A stretch of DNA of 64,000 nucleotides from Macrostomum hystrix (Eukaryota > Animalia > Platyhelminthes). Below, in pieces: positions 1 to 13,774 of this stretch. The notes under the pieces are model-generated. The model was not told where the DNA came from and made no database searches. It worked only from the letters and a program-made list of their open reading frames with translations. The stretch lies in the NCBI GenBank assembly GCA_950097015.1, contig CATNEN010000001.1:12834001-12898000 (forward strand), written 5' to 3'. Both the position numbers and the translations under genes were made by a program. Positions within the stretch are counted from its first letter, which is position 1, and the number at the start of each line of letters is the position of its first letter.

Positions 1-516
1 ATCTACAAATCTATCCACAAATCTATCTACAAATCTATCTACAAATCTATCTACAAATCTATCCACAAATCTATCTACAAATCTATCCACAAATCTATCC
101 ACAAATCTATCTACAAATATATCTACAAATCTATCTACAAATCTATCTACAAATCTATCCACAAATCTATCTACAAATCTATCTACAAATCTATCAACAA
201 ATCTATCCACAAATCTATCAACAAATCTATCTACAAATCTATCCACAAATCTATCCACAAATCTATCTACAAATCTATCCACAAATCTATCCACAAATCT
301 ATCTACAAATCTATCCACAAATCTATCTACAAATCTATCCACAAATCTATCTACAAATCTATCCACAAATCTATCCACAAATCTATCCACAAATCTATCC
401 ACAAATCTATCCACAAATCTATCCACAAATCCATCAACAAATCTATCTACAAATCTATCCACAAATCTAACTACAAATCTATCCCCAAATCTATCTACAA
501 ATCTATCCACAAATCT
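1..516. repeat. 12-bp tandem repeat (ATCTAT[C/T]CACAA-type), runs off window start
   Basis: Continuous 'aaatctatccac/aaatctatctac' units, ending in an opposite-orientation (TAGA)n run. Confidence 0.95.
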
Positions 517-1130
517 ATAGATAGATAGATAGACAGATCTGTGGACCAATACAGCCCACATTTGTCATGGCCACTTTCCGCTAAAATTTGGCGCAGAAAA
601 CACAGAAACAGGAATGCATCAAGCAGGAGTTAAAAGGTCGCGCGAGAAAAAAATTCCCACGCCGGAGGTAACAAACAGCGTTGGGGGGGGCAAGGCCTCC
701 AAAAACCTTTCTTTAAAGCCGAACCGAAAAATCCAGTCCGAGTTTTGTCTGACACAGGATTTACCGATCCGTTCAGCCAATCAGCTGACAGTAGGCCGTC
801 TAGCAGAAGGATTTTTATACTGATCCTCTTTCCCCCCAATTTTCCCAGTGTACTTTCAAATCCGCGCCGTTTCGTCTTCCTCGGAAAACATTCCAGTCGT
901 TAAACTAGGCTCCCGTATTGCCCGCTCAGGGCCATTTGCCCCGAATTCCGAATACCAGCAAACGCTTTCACTGCCCTCCCTTTCGGCAACAGTCGGACAG
1001 TCAAAGCCTGTGTGGGCGGGTTTGACTGGAATTGTAAAAAATACCGTTTCCAGGAAACAGAAGCAGAGGGACTGACCGGCCAGCGTTAGAAGCTTTCTCG
1101 GCGTCTGTTCCCGCATTTTAAAAGGTGCAA

Positions 1131-1297
1131 ATGGCCACAGAAAGAGGAGACTGCGAGAGAGACAGGACAGCAGCAACATTCAGTATCTCTCCGAAGGGCC
1201 TGGAACAGAAACAGCAGCAGCAGCAACAAGAAACATCAGCACATTCAACAGCCTCTGCATCGAAGGCATTGCAGACTGAAGATTTCTCAATTGAAAG
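1131..1297 (+). CDS. Tentative 5' coding exon (MATERGD...QQQQQQ...FSIE), possibly an alternative first exon of the RhoGEF gene
   Basis: ATG at 1131, open frame to an AG|GTGAGA donor at 1297/1298 (phase 2). Not in frame with the 9838 exon, but in phase with a possible acceptor at 13774. Confidence 0.3.
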
Positions 1298-1477
1298 GTG
1301 AGAACAATCAGCATTGTTCTAAGGAATAATTTTAATCTAATTTCATCATCTCAGATCTTATCAGGCATTCCTTCTCGAGCTAATGACCTTATAATAAGCC
1401 TAAACCGATTGGCTCAAAAAGCATTACTGAACTTATCTTACATTTATTTTCTGACCATCCCAAAATATTAATGGGTT

Positions 1478-4400
1478 AAATCTGAATGACCCTTCACTCA
1501 ATCTGAATGACTCTTCACTCAAACTGAATGACCCTTCACTCAATCTGAATGACCCTTCACTCAATCTGAATGACCCTTCACTCAATCTGAATGACCCTTC
1601 ACTCAATCTGAATGACCCTTCAGTCAATCTGAATGACCCTTCACTCAATCTGAATGACTCTTCACTCAACCTGAATGACCCTTCACTCAACCTGAATGAC
1701 CCTTCACTCAACCTGAATGACCCTTCACTCAACCTGAATGACTCTTCACTCAATCATCTGAATGACTCTTCACTCACTCTGAATGACCCTTCACTCAATC
1801 TGAATGACCCTTCACTCAATCTGAATGACCCTTCACTCAATCTGAATGACCCATCACTCAATCTGAATGACCCTTCACTCAATCTGAATGACTCTTCACT
1901 CAACCTGAATGACCCTTCACTCAACCTGAATGACCCTTCACTCAATCTGAATGACCCTTCACCCAATCTGAATGACCCTTCACTCAATCTGAATGACCCT
2001 TCACTCAATCATCTGAATAATCATTCAATCAATCTGAATGACCCTTCACTCAATCTGATGACCCTTCACTCAATCTGAATGACCCTTCACCCAATCTGAA
2101 TGACCCTTCACTCAATCTGAATGACCCTTCACTCAATCATCTGAATAATCATTCAATCAATCTGAATGACCCTTCACTCAATCTGAATGACCCTTCACTC
2201 AATCTGAATGACCCTTCACTCAACCTGAATGACCCTTCACTCAATCTGAATGACCCTTCACCCAATCTGAATGACCCTTCACCCAATCTGAATGACCCTT
2301 CACCCAATCTGAATGACCCTTCACCCAATCTGAATGACTCTTCACTCAATCTGAATGAATCTTCACCCAATCTGAATGACCCTTCACCCAATCTGAATGA
2401 CCCTTCACTCAATCTGAATGACCCTTCACTCAATCTGAATGACCCTTCACTCAATCTGAATGACCCTTCACTCAACCTGAATGACCCTTCACTCAATCTG
2501 AATGACCCTTCACCAAATCTGAATGACCCTTCACTCAACCTGAATGACCCTTCACTCAATCTGAATGAATCTTCACCCAATCTGAATGACTCTTCACTCA
2601 ATCTGAATGAATCTTCACCCAATCTGAATGAATCTTCACCCAATCTGAATGAATCTTCACCCAATCTGAATGAATCTTCACCCAATCTGAATGACCCTTC
2701 ACCCAATCTGAATGACCCTTCACTCAATCTGAATGACCCTTCACTCAATCTGAATGACCCTTCACTCAATCTGAATGACCCTTCACTCAACCTGAATGAC
2801 CCTTCACTCAATCTGAATGACCCTTCACCCAATCTGAATGACCCTTCACCCAATCTGAATGACCCTTCACTCAATCTGAATGACCCTTCACTCAACCTGA
2901 ATGACCCTTCACTCAATCTGAATGACCCTTCACCCAATCTAAATGACCCTTCACTCACTCTGAATGACCCTTCACTCAATCTGAATGACCCTTCACTCAA
3001 TCTGAATGACCCTTCACCCAATCTGAATGACCCTTCACCCAATCTGAATGACTCTTCACCCAATCTGAATGACCCTTCACCCAATCCGAATGAACCTTCA
3101 CCCAATCCGAATGAACCTTCACCCAATCTGAATGAACCTTCACCCAATCCGAATGAACCTTCACCCAATCTGAATGACCCTTCACTCAATCTGAATGACC
3201 CTTCACTCAACCTGAATGACCCTTCACTCAATCTGAATGACCCTTCACCCAATCTGAATGACCCTTCACTCAATCTGAATGACTCTTCACCCAATCTGAA
3301 TGACCCTTCACCCAATCCGAATGAACCTTCACCCAATCCGAATGAACCTTCACCCAATCTAAATGAACCTTCACCCAATCCGAATGAACCTTCACCCAAT
3401 CTGAATGACCCTTCACTCAATCTGAATGACCCTTCACCCAATCTGAATGACCCTTCACCCAATCTGAATGACCCTTCACCCAATCTGAATGACCCTTCAC
3501 CCAATCATCTGAATGACCCTTCACTCAATCTGAATGACCCTTCACTCAATCTGAATGACCCTTCACTCAATCTGAATGACCCTTCACTCAATCTGAATGA
3601 CCCTTCACTCAATCTGAATGAATCTTCACCCAATCTGAATGACCCTTCACCCAATCTGAATGACTCTTCACTCAATCTGAATGAATCTTCACCCAATCTG
3701 AATGACCCTTCACTCAATCTGAATGACCCTTCACTCAATCTGAATGACCCTTCACTCAATCTGAATGACCCTTCACTCAATCTGAATGACCCTTCACTCA
3801 ATCTGAATGACCCTTCACTCAACCTGAATGACCCTTCACTCAATCTGAATGACCCTTCACCCAATCTGAATGACCCTTCACTCAATCTGAATGACCCTTC
3901 ACTCAATCATCTGAATAATCATTCAATCAATCTGAATGACCCTTCACTCAATCTGAATGACCCTTCACTCAATCTGAATGACCTTCACTCAACCTGAATG
4001 ACCCTTCACTCAATCTGAATGACCCTTCACCCAATCTGAATGACCCTTCACCCAATCTGAATGACCCTTCACTCAATCTGAATGACTCTTCACTGAATCT
4101 GAATGACCCTTCACTCAATCTGAATGACCCTTCACTCAATCTGAATGACCCTTCACTCAATCTGAATGACCCTTCACTCAATCTGAATGACCCTTCACTC
4201 AATCTGAATGACCCTTCACTCAATCTGAATGACCCTTCACTCAATCTGAATGAATCTTCACCCAATCTGAATGACCCTTCACCCAATCTGAATGACCCTT
4301 CACCCAATCCGAATGAACCTTCACCCAATCCGAATGAACCTTCACCCAATCTGAATGAACCTTCACCCAATCTGAATGACCCTTCACTCAATCTGAATGA

Positions 4401-7400
4401 CCCTTCACCCAATCCGAATGACCCTTCACCCAATCTGAATGAACCTTCACCCAATCTGAATGAACCTTCACCGAATCCGAATGACTCTTCACTCAATCCG
4501 AATGAACCTTCACTCAATCCGAATGAACCTTCACCCAATCCGAATGAACCTTCACCCAATCTGAATGAACCTTCACCCAATCCGAATGAACCTTCACCCA
4601 ATCTGAATGACCCTTCACTCAATCTGAATGAATCTTCACCCAATCTGAATGACCCTTCACCCAATCTGAATGACCCTTCACTCAATCTGAATGACCCTTC
4701 ACTCAATCTGAATGACCCTTCACTCAATCTGAATGACCCTTCACTCAACCTGAATGACCCTTCACTCAATCCGAATGAACCTTCACCCAATCTGAATGAC
4801 CCTTCACCCAATCTGAATGAACCTTCACCGAATCCGAATGACTCTTCACTCAATTCGAATGAACCTTCACTCAATCTGAATGACCCTTCACTCAATCTGA
4901 ATGACCCTTCACTCAATCTGAATGACCCTTCACTCAATCTGAATGAATCTTCACCCAATCTGAATGACCCTTCACCCAATCTGAATGACTCTTCACTCAA
5001 TCTGAATGAATCTTCACCCAATCTGAATGACCCTTCACCCAATCTGAATGACCCTTCACTCAATCTGAATGACCCTTCACTCAATCTGAATGACCCTTCA
5101 CTCAATCTGAATGAATCTTCACCCAATCTGAATGACCCTTCACCCAATCTGAATGACTCTTCACTCAATCTGAATGAATCTTCACCCAATCTGAATGACC
5201 CTTCACCCAATCTGAATGACCCTTCACTCAATCTGAATGACCCTTCACTCAATCTGAATGACCCTTCACTCAATCTGAATGACCCTTCACTCAACCTGAA
5301 TGACCCTTCACTCAATCTGAATGACCCTTCACCCAATCTGAATGACCCTTCACTCAATCTGAATGACCCTTCACTCAATCTGAATGACCCTTCACCCAAT
5401 CTGAATGACCCTTCACTCAATCATCTGAATAATCATTCAATCAATCTGAATGACCCTTCACTCAATCATCTGAATAATCATTCAATCAATCTGAATGACC
5501 CTTCACTCAATCTGAATGACCCTTCACTCAATCTGAATGACCCTTCACTCAACCTGAATGACCCTTCACTCAATCTGAATGACCCTTCACCCAATCTGAA
5601 TGACCCTTCACTCAATCTGAATGACCCTTCACCCAATCTGAATGACCCTTCACCCAATCATCTGAATGACCCTTCACTCAATCTGAATGACCCTTCACTC
5701 AATCTGAATGACCCTTCACTCAATCTGAATGACCCTTCACTCAATCTGAATGACCCTTCACTCAATCTGAATGAATCTTCACCCAATCTGAATGACCCTT
5801 CACCCAATCTGAATGACTCTTCACTCAATCTGAATGAATCTTCACCCAATCTGAATGACCCTTCACTCAATCTGAATGACCCTTCACTCAATCTGAATGA
5901 CCCTTCACTCAATCTGAATGACCCTTCACTCAATCTGAATGACCCTTCACTCAATCTGAATGACCCTTCACTCAACCTGAATGACCCTTCACTCAATCTG
6001 AATGACCCTTCACCCAATCTGAATGACCCTTCACTCAATCTGAATGACCCTTCACTCAATCATCTGAATAATCATTCAATCAATCTGAATGACCCTTCAC
6101 TCAATCTGAATGACCCTTCACTCAATCTGAATGACCTTCACTCAACCTGAATGACCCTTCACTCAATCTGAATGACCCTTCACCCAATCTGAATGACCCT
6201 TCACCCAATCTGAATGACCCTTCACTCAATCTGAATGACTCTTCACTGAATCTGAATGACCCTTCACTCAATCTGAATGACCCTTCACTCAATCTGAATG
6301 ACCCTTCACTCAATCTGAATGACCCTTCACTCAATCTGAATGACCCTTCACTCAATCTGAATGACCCTTCACTCAATCTGAATGACCCTTCACTCAATCT
6401 GAATGAATCTTCACCCAATCTGAATGACCCTTCACCCAATCTGAATGACCCTTCACCCAATCCGAATGAACCTTCACCCAATCCGAATGAACCTTCACCC
6501 AATCTGAATGAACCTTCACCCAATCTGAATGACCCTTCACTCAATCTGAATGACCCTTCACCCAATCCGAATGACCCTTCACCCAATCTGAATGAACCTT
6601 CACCCAATCTGAATGAACCTTCACCGAATCCGAATGACTCTTCACTCAATCCGAATGAACCTTCACTCAATCCGAATGAACCTTCACCCAATCCGAATGA
6701 ACCTTCACCCAATCTGAATGAACCTTCACCCAATCCGAATGAACCTTCACCCAATCTGAATGACCCTTCACTCAATCTGAATGAATCTTCACCCAATCTG
6801 AATGACCCTTCACCCAATCTGAATGACCCTTCACTCAATCTGAATGACCCTTCACTCAATCTGAATGACCCTTCACTCAATCTGAATGACCCTTCACTCA
6901 ACCTGAATGACCCTTCACTCAATCCGAATGAACCTTCACCCAATCTGAATGACCCTTCACCCAATCTGAATGAACCTTCACCGAATCCGAATGACTCTTC
7001 ACTCAATTCGAATGAACCTTCACTCAATCTGAATGACCCTTCACTCAATCTGAATGACCCTTCACTCAATCTGAATGACCCTTCACTCAATCTGAATGAA
7101 TCTTCACCCAATCTGAATGACCCTTCACCCAATCTGAATGACTCTTCACTCAATCTGAATGAATCTTCACCCAATCTGAATGACCCTTCACCCAATCTGA
7201 ATGACCCTTCACTCAATCTGAATGACCCTTCACTCAATCTGAATGACCCTTCACTCAATCTGAATGAATCTTCACCCAATCTGAATGACCCTTCACCCAA
7301 TCTGAATGACTCTTCACTCAATCTGAATGAATCTTCACCCAATCTGAATGACCCTTCACCCAATCTGAATGACCCTTCACTCAATCTGAATGACCCTTCA

Positions 7401-9080
7401 CTCAATCTGAATGACCCTTCACTCAATCTGAATGACCCTTCACTCAACCTGAATGACCCTTCACTCAATCTGAATGACCCTTCACCCAATCTGAATGACC
7501 CTTCACTCAATCTGAATGACCCTTCACTCAATCTGAATGACCCTTCACCCAATCTGAATGACCCTTCACTCAATCATCTGAATAATCATTCAATCAATCT
7601 GAATGACCCTTCACTCAATCATCTGAATAATCATTCAATCAATCTGAATGACCCTTCACTCAATCTGAATGACCCTTCACTCAATCTGAATGACCCTTCA
7701 CTCAACCTGAATGACCCTTCACTCAATCTGAATGACCCTTCACCCAATCTGAATGACCCTTCACTCAATCTGAATGACCCTTCACCCAATCTGAATGACC
7801 CTTCACTCAATCTGAATGACTCTTCACCCAATCTGAATGACCCTTCACCCAATCGGAATGAACCTTCACCCAATCCGAATGAACCTTCACCCAATCTGAA
7901 TGAACCTTCACCCAATCCGAATGAACCTTCACCCAATCTGAATGACCCTTCACTCAATCTGAATGACCCTTCACTCAACCTGAATGACCCTTCACTCAAT
8001 CTGAATGACCCTTCACCCAATCTGAATGACCCTTCACTCAATCTGAATGACTCTTCACCCAATCTGAATGACCCTTCACCCAATCCGAATGAACCTTCAC
8101 CCAATCCGAATGAACCTTCACCCAATCTGAATGAACCTTCACCCAATCTGAATGACCCTTCACTCAATCTGAATGACCCTTCACCCAATCCGAATGACCC
8201 TTCACCCAATCTGAATGAACCTTCACCGAATCCGAATGACTCTTCACTCAATTCGAATGAACCTTCACTCAATCTGAATGACCCTTCACTCAATCTGAAT
8301 GACCCTTCACCCAATCTGAATGACCCTTCACTCAATCTGAATGACTCTTCACCCAATCTGAATGACCCTTCACCCAATCCGAATGAACCTTCACCCAATC
8401 CGAATGAACCTTCACCCAATCTGAATGAACCTTCACCCAATCCGAATGAACCTTCACCCAATCTGAATGACCCTTCACTCAATCTGAATGACCCTTCACT
8501 CAACCTGAATGACCCTTCACTCAATCTGAATGACCCTTCACCCAATCTGAATGACCCTTCACTCAATCTGAATGACTCTTCACCCAATCTGAATGACCCT
8601 TCACCCAATCCGAATGACCCTTCACCCAATCCGAATGAACCTTCACCCAATCTGAATGAACCTTCACCCAATCTGAATGACCCTTCACTCAATCTGAATG
8701 ACCCTTCACTCAACCTGAATGACCCTTCACTCAATCTGAATGACCCTTCACTCAATCTGAATGACCCTTCACTCAATCTGAATGACCCTTCACTCAATCT
8801 GAATGAATCTTCACCCAATCTGAATGACCCTTCACCCAATCTGAATGACCCTTCACCCAATCCGAATGAACCTTCACCCAATCCGAATGAACCTTCACCC
8901 AATCTGAATGAACCTTCACCCAATCCGAATGAACCTTCACCCAATCTGAATGACCCTTCACTCAATCTGAATGAACCTTCACCGAATCCGAATGACTCTT
9001 CACTCAATCCGAATGAACCTTCACTCAATCTGAATGACCCTTCACCCAATCCGAATGACCCTTCACCCAATCCGAATGAC
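1478..9080. repeat. ~7.6-kb 21-bp satellite (AATCTGAATGACCCTTCACTC), ~360 units, with a 2153-bp higher-order duplication
   Basis: Unit visible throughout. Identical variant patterns recur at a 2153-bp offset (ORF track 3505/5658, 3969/6122, 5420/7573). Confidence 0.97.
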
Positions 9081-9389
9081 TACAAGCATCCCTAATTGAC
9101 CAATTGTGAGAAACCCGAAAGATTTTTAACCAAACTTTCTATTCCATTCTCCCATTCCAGTCAGCTGCAACTGAGCCGGAGCATCGGCGAAGATCTTCGG
9201 CCCCGTCTGCAGCGTCGAAACCAGTTCATATTTTCTAGGAAAACTGCTGTGAGACTCGACTTTTTTTTACTGGCTGAGTCAGTTTTTTTGTTAATTTGCT
9301 GTCTTGTAGATTGTATCAGATGACACTTATAATGGATCCCTGCATAGGGAAGGCTTGGGTGGCTTGTCTTACAAATTATGCCCTTGAGA

Positions 9390-9706
9390 GCGAAACTTCC
9401 TGGGTTCCTGGATTCGATTCCGCGGCGAAGCCACATTCATTTGGGGCGCAGCCGCGGAGAGAAGGCTTGGGGGCTTGTCGTGCGATCTACGCCCTTGAGA
9501 TGGCCAACCTCCAAGGCACAGTGAGAGTGTACACTGCCTGACGATGAGAATGTCAGATCAGACGTACACACCTGTGTGAGTGTGTGCTCAGGAGTCAGCG
9601 AAATGGGCAGAATTGCCTCCTCGCTGGCTGCGGGTCTAGTGTCACCAAATGATGTGCCATGGCCCGCAGACCCTCCGGCAATTATTATTATTACTCTTAT
9701 TATTAT
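9390..9706 (+). mobile_element. tRNA-derived SINE family B copy
   Basis: B-box-like GGATTCGATTCC, body shared with 57211-57550 and 56100-56365, 3' stem-loop CTGCGGGTC...GGCCCGCAG, (ATT)n tail. Confidence 0.75.
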
Positions 9707-9837
9707 GTAACAAAAATAAAATTCAAAGAACTAACGAATTAAAAAAACGGTTTAAAAAGTAACGATTTTTTGACTGGCCCATTATAAGACTAACAAAAAC
9801 TAACGATTTAATTTCCTACCCCCATCCCAACTGCCAG

Positions 9838-10296
9838 CTGTCCATGGACCAGTGCCCCCTAGTCTCCACCGGGTGGACCCAGGCCCAGTCGCCGACGCCG
9901 CTGCAGGCAGCAGCCTCCAGCATGCCGATGCACTCGCACTCGGGCTCGGACACCGGGCTGCTGCTCGTCGACTCGCCCGTTGGCCGCATCGCCAGCCGAA
10001 TCGCTCAGAGCATGGAGAGTGTTCAAAAGCGACGCTCCGTGACCGACTCCACCCACCTTCGAGTCCTGCACGACAGCCTGAGCAGCTTGACCAGCCGGCT
10101 GACTGGCAGCGGCGGCAGCTCCGGCCCAGGCAACAGTCAGGAGAACCTGCAGGATCCGACTGCCACCGGTGCGGCCTCCAGCGGCACGGCCAGTCCCACA
10201 GCAACCGGCCAGCAACAGCAGCAGCAGCAGCAGTTCGGCTATCATCACGCTAAGTCCAGCTCAACAGGAGGCAGCAGAAATCGTAGGAAAATCAAG
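9838..10296 (+). CDS. Probable N-terminal low-complexity coding exon of the RhoGEF gene (MDQCPLVSTG...QQQQQQQQ...RRKIK)
   Basis: CTAAC branch-like motifs and CAG acceptor at 9837, GC-rich codon usage like the confirmed exons, AAG|GT donor at 10296. Linkage to the DH exons is inferred. Confidence 0.5.
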
Positions 10297-11004
10297 GTTT
10301 GAGAAGGTCAACAGTAGGTCTACTCGTGTTTTGGATTTTCATGCCAATTGGTTGATTTTTATAGGAGATACAGAAAACAATATTGATGTGGGGCATTTGA
10401 AATACCCCCGTGGTCGTTCTACTGTTAAGGGACCTAGACTGAAAGTTCACGAGTTCGATTCCGCGGCGAGGCCACATTTGCAGTGATAAATCGCCATTTT
10501 ATTTCATTTTATAGGTGTTCAAAAGTCATGAAAAAGCAGAATTTTTGTCGATTTTTATTTACTCTTTAGATTGAGTAATTTGGTTGTGGCAAAGCAGAAG
10601 CACATACTTCATAAGTTCTACTAATAATAAGTAGTATAAAATTGAACCGTTTTGAATACAATCTGTTATTGTCTATGGTAAATGCGAAAACATTTCCCGG
10701 ACATGATAAACTCGACTCGTTCCGTCTGTCTCTCTACAATGGCGAGACTTCAACAAGACAGGCGGGAATCGAACCACAGCCTGGAGCATGCCTAGGCTCA
10801 TCTGAATTCGAAACGGAAATCTACCAGCATGGCCTGTCCAAAAGGTATTTTTCGCAAGTCCACCGATGCTGCAGTTGCTGCTGCCAGGTTAACGAGACGG
10901 GAGGCAATGATTACCTTTCATGTGCTGCCAACGACACATCAAAGTCTGTTAATTGGTAAGCTGACGACTGCCTTGTGACCTGTTATTTCAAATTTTGCAT
11001 GCTA

Positions 11005-13460
11005 TACTAATCTACTCCACTCTAATCTACTCCGCTCTAATCTATTCCACTCTAATCTACTCCACTCTAATCTATTCCACTCTAATCTACTCCACTCTAA
11101 TCTATTCCACTCTAATCTACTCCACTCTAATCTACTCCACTCTAATCTACTCCACTCTAATCTACTCCACTCTAATCTACTCCACTCTAATCTACTCCGC
11201 TCTAATCTACTCCACTCTAATCTACTCCACTCTAATCTATTCCACTCTAATCTACTCCACTCTAATCTATTCCACTCTAATCTACTCCACTCTAATCTAC
11301 TCCACTCTAATCTACTTTATTCTAATCTACTCCACTCTAATCTACTCCACTCTAATCTACTCCACTCTAATCTATTCCACTCTAATCTACTCCACTCTAA
11401 TCTACTCCACTCTAATCTACTCCACTCTAATCTACTCCACTCTAATCTACTCCACTCTAATCTACTCCGCTCTAATCTACTCCACTCTAATCTACTCCAC
11501 TCTAATCTATTCCACTCTAATCTACTCCACTCTAATCTATTCCACTCTAATCTACTCCACTCTAATCTACTCCACTCTAATCTACTCCACTCTAATCTAC
11601 TCCACTCTAATCTACTCCACTCTAATCTACTCCACTCTACTCCACTCCATTCTAATCTACTCCACTCTAATCTACTCCATTCAAATCTACTCCACTCTAA
11701 TCTACTCCACTCTAATCTACTCCACTCTAATCTACTCCACTCTCATCTACTCCACTCTAATCTACCCCATTCTAATCTACTCCACTCTAATCTACTCCAT
11801 TCTAATCTACTCCACTCTAATCTACTCCACTCTAATCTACTCCACTCTAATCTACTCCACTCTCATCTACTCCACTCTAATCTACCCCATTCTAATCTAC
11901 TCCACTCTAATCTACTCCACTCTACTCCACTCCATTCTAATCTACTCCACTCTACTCCACTCCACTCTAATCTACTCCACTCTAATCTACTCCACTCTAA
12001 TCTACTCCACTCTAATCTACTCCACTCTAATCTACTCCACTCTAATCTACTCCACTCTAATCTACTCCACTCTAATCTACTCCACTCTAATCTACTCCAC
12101 TCTAATCTACCCCATTCTAATCTACTCCACTCTAATCTACTCCACTCTACTCCACTCCATTCTAATCTACTCCACTCTACTCCACTCCACTCTAATCTAC
12201 TCCACTCTAATCTACTCCACTCTAATCTACTCCACTCTAATCTACTCCACTCTAATCTACTCCACTCTAATCTACTCCACTCTAATCTACTCCACTCTAA
12301 TCTACCCCATTCTAATCTACTCCACTCTAATCTACTCCACTCTACTCCACTCCATTCTAATCTACTCCACTCTACTCCACTCCACTCTAATCTACTCCAC
12401 TCTAATCTACTCCACTCTAATCTACTCCACTCTAATCTACTCCACTCTAATCTACTCCACTCTAATCTACTTTATTCTAATCTACTCCACTCTAATCTAC
12501 TCCACTCTAATCTACACTACTCTAATCTACTCCACTCTAATCTACTCCACTCTAATCTACTCCACTCTAATCTACTCCACTCTAATCTACTCCACTCTCA
12601 TCTACTCCACTCTAATCTACCCCATTCTAATCTACTCCACTCTAATCTACTCCACTCTACTCCACTCCATTCTAATCTACTCCACTCTACTCCACTCCAC
12701 TCTAATCTACTCCACTCTAATCTACTCCACTCTAATCTACTCCACTCTAATCTACTCCACTCTAATCTACTCCACTCTAATCTACTCCACTCTAATCTAC
12801 TCCACTCTAATCTACTCCACTCTAATCTACCCCATTCTAATCTACTCCACTCTAATCTACTCCACTCTACTCCACTCCATTCTAATCTACTCCACTCTAC
12901 TCCACTCCACTCTAATCTACTCCACTCTAATCTACTCCACTCTAATCTACTCCACTCTAATCTACTCCACTCTAATCTACTCCACTCTCATCTACTCCAC
13001 TCTAATCTACTCCACTCTAATCTACCCCATTCTAATCTACTCCACTCTAATCTACTCCACTCTACTCCACTCCATTCTAATCTACTCCACTCTACTCCAC
13101 TCCACTCTAATCTACTCCACTCTAATCTACTCCACTCTAATCTACTCCACTCTAATCTACTCCACTCTAATCTACTCCACTCTAATCTACTTTATTCTAA
13201 TCTACTCCACTCTAATCTACTCCACTCTAATCTACACTACTCTAATCTACTCCACTCTAATCTACTCCACTCTAATCTACTCCACTCTAATCTACTCCAC
13301 TCTAATCTACTCCAGTCTAATCTACTCCACTCTAATCTACTCCGCTCTAATCTACTCCGCTCTAATCTACTCCACTCTAATCTACTCCACTCTAATCTAC
13401 TCCACTCTAATCTACTCCACTCTAATCTACTCCACTCTAATCTACTCCACTCTAATCTAC
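11005..13460. repeat. ~2.45-kb 15-bp satellite (TCTAA-TCTAC-TCCAC) built from three related pentamers
   Basis: Direct reading. Rare variants TTTATT and TCTACACTAC recur 720 bp apart (12471/13191, 12511/13231). Confidence 0.97.
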
Positions 13461-13774
13461 CTCGCTGTGTAATCTACCACTTTTGATTATGTCCAAATCA
13501 ATATGGAACATAAATCATATACAAAATGTGATAAAAATGGAACTTTGCTTACTAAAATTCAGTAAGAACTCGAGACTCTCGTCAGTTGTTAGCCAATCAG
13601 ATCTGTTCAGATATTTTTCCCTCATCCACTCACCTTAGCAACTAAAAAGAGATTTAAGAACTCGGATGGATGATTTGAAGAAGCAGATCAGTCCACACAA
13701 AACCCTTTAAAACTGACTAAATCAGTGATTTCTATATTAGAAGTAGAGTAAGACTAAAATAAGTAATACGAAAG

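Noticed and set aside
614-1179. Short ORFs on both strands
   Set aside because: No homology cues; more likely promoter or UTR sequence
1433-9070. Long - strand ORFs (EGSFRLS)n up to 483 aa, and the open + frame (NLNDPSL)n
   Set aside because: A stop-free 21-bp unit gives open frames automatically; shared 1-bp frameshifts, no real start context and no unique coding flanks
9536-9610. Hammerhead-like CTGACGA...GAAA in SINE family B (also CTGATGAG near 42987)
   Set aside because: Stems II and III cannot be formed with the correct geometry, and the core is not preserved in the other copies
10995-13472. 825-aa ORF (STLIY)n
   Set aside because: Translation of a 15-bp satellite beginning at a non-ATG codon
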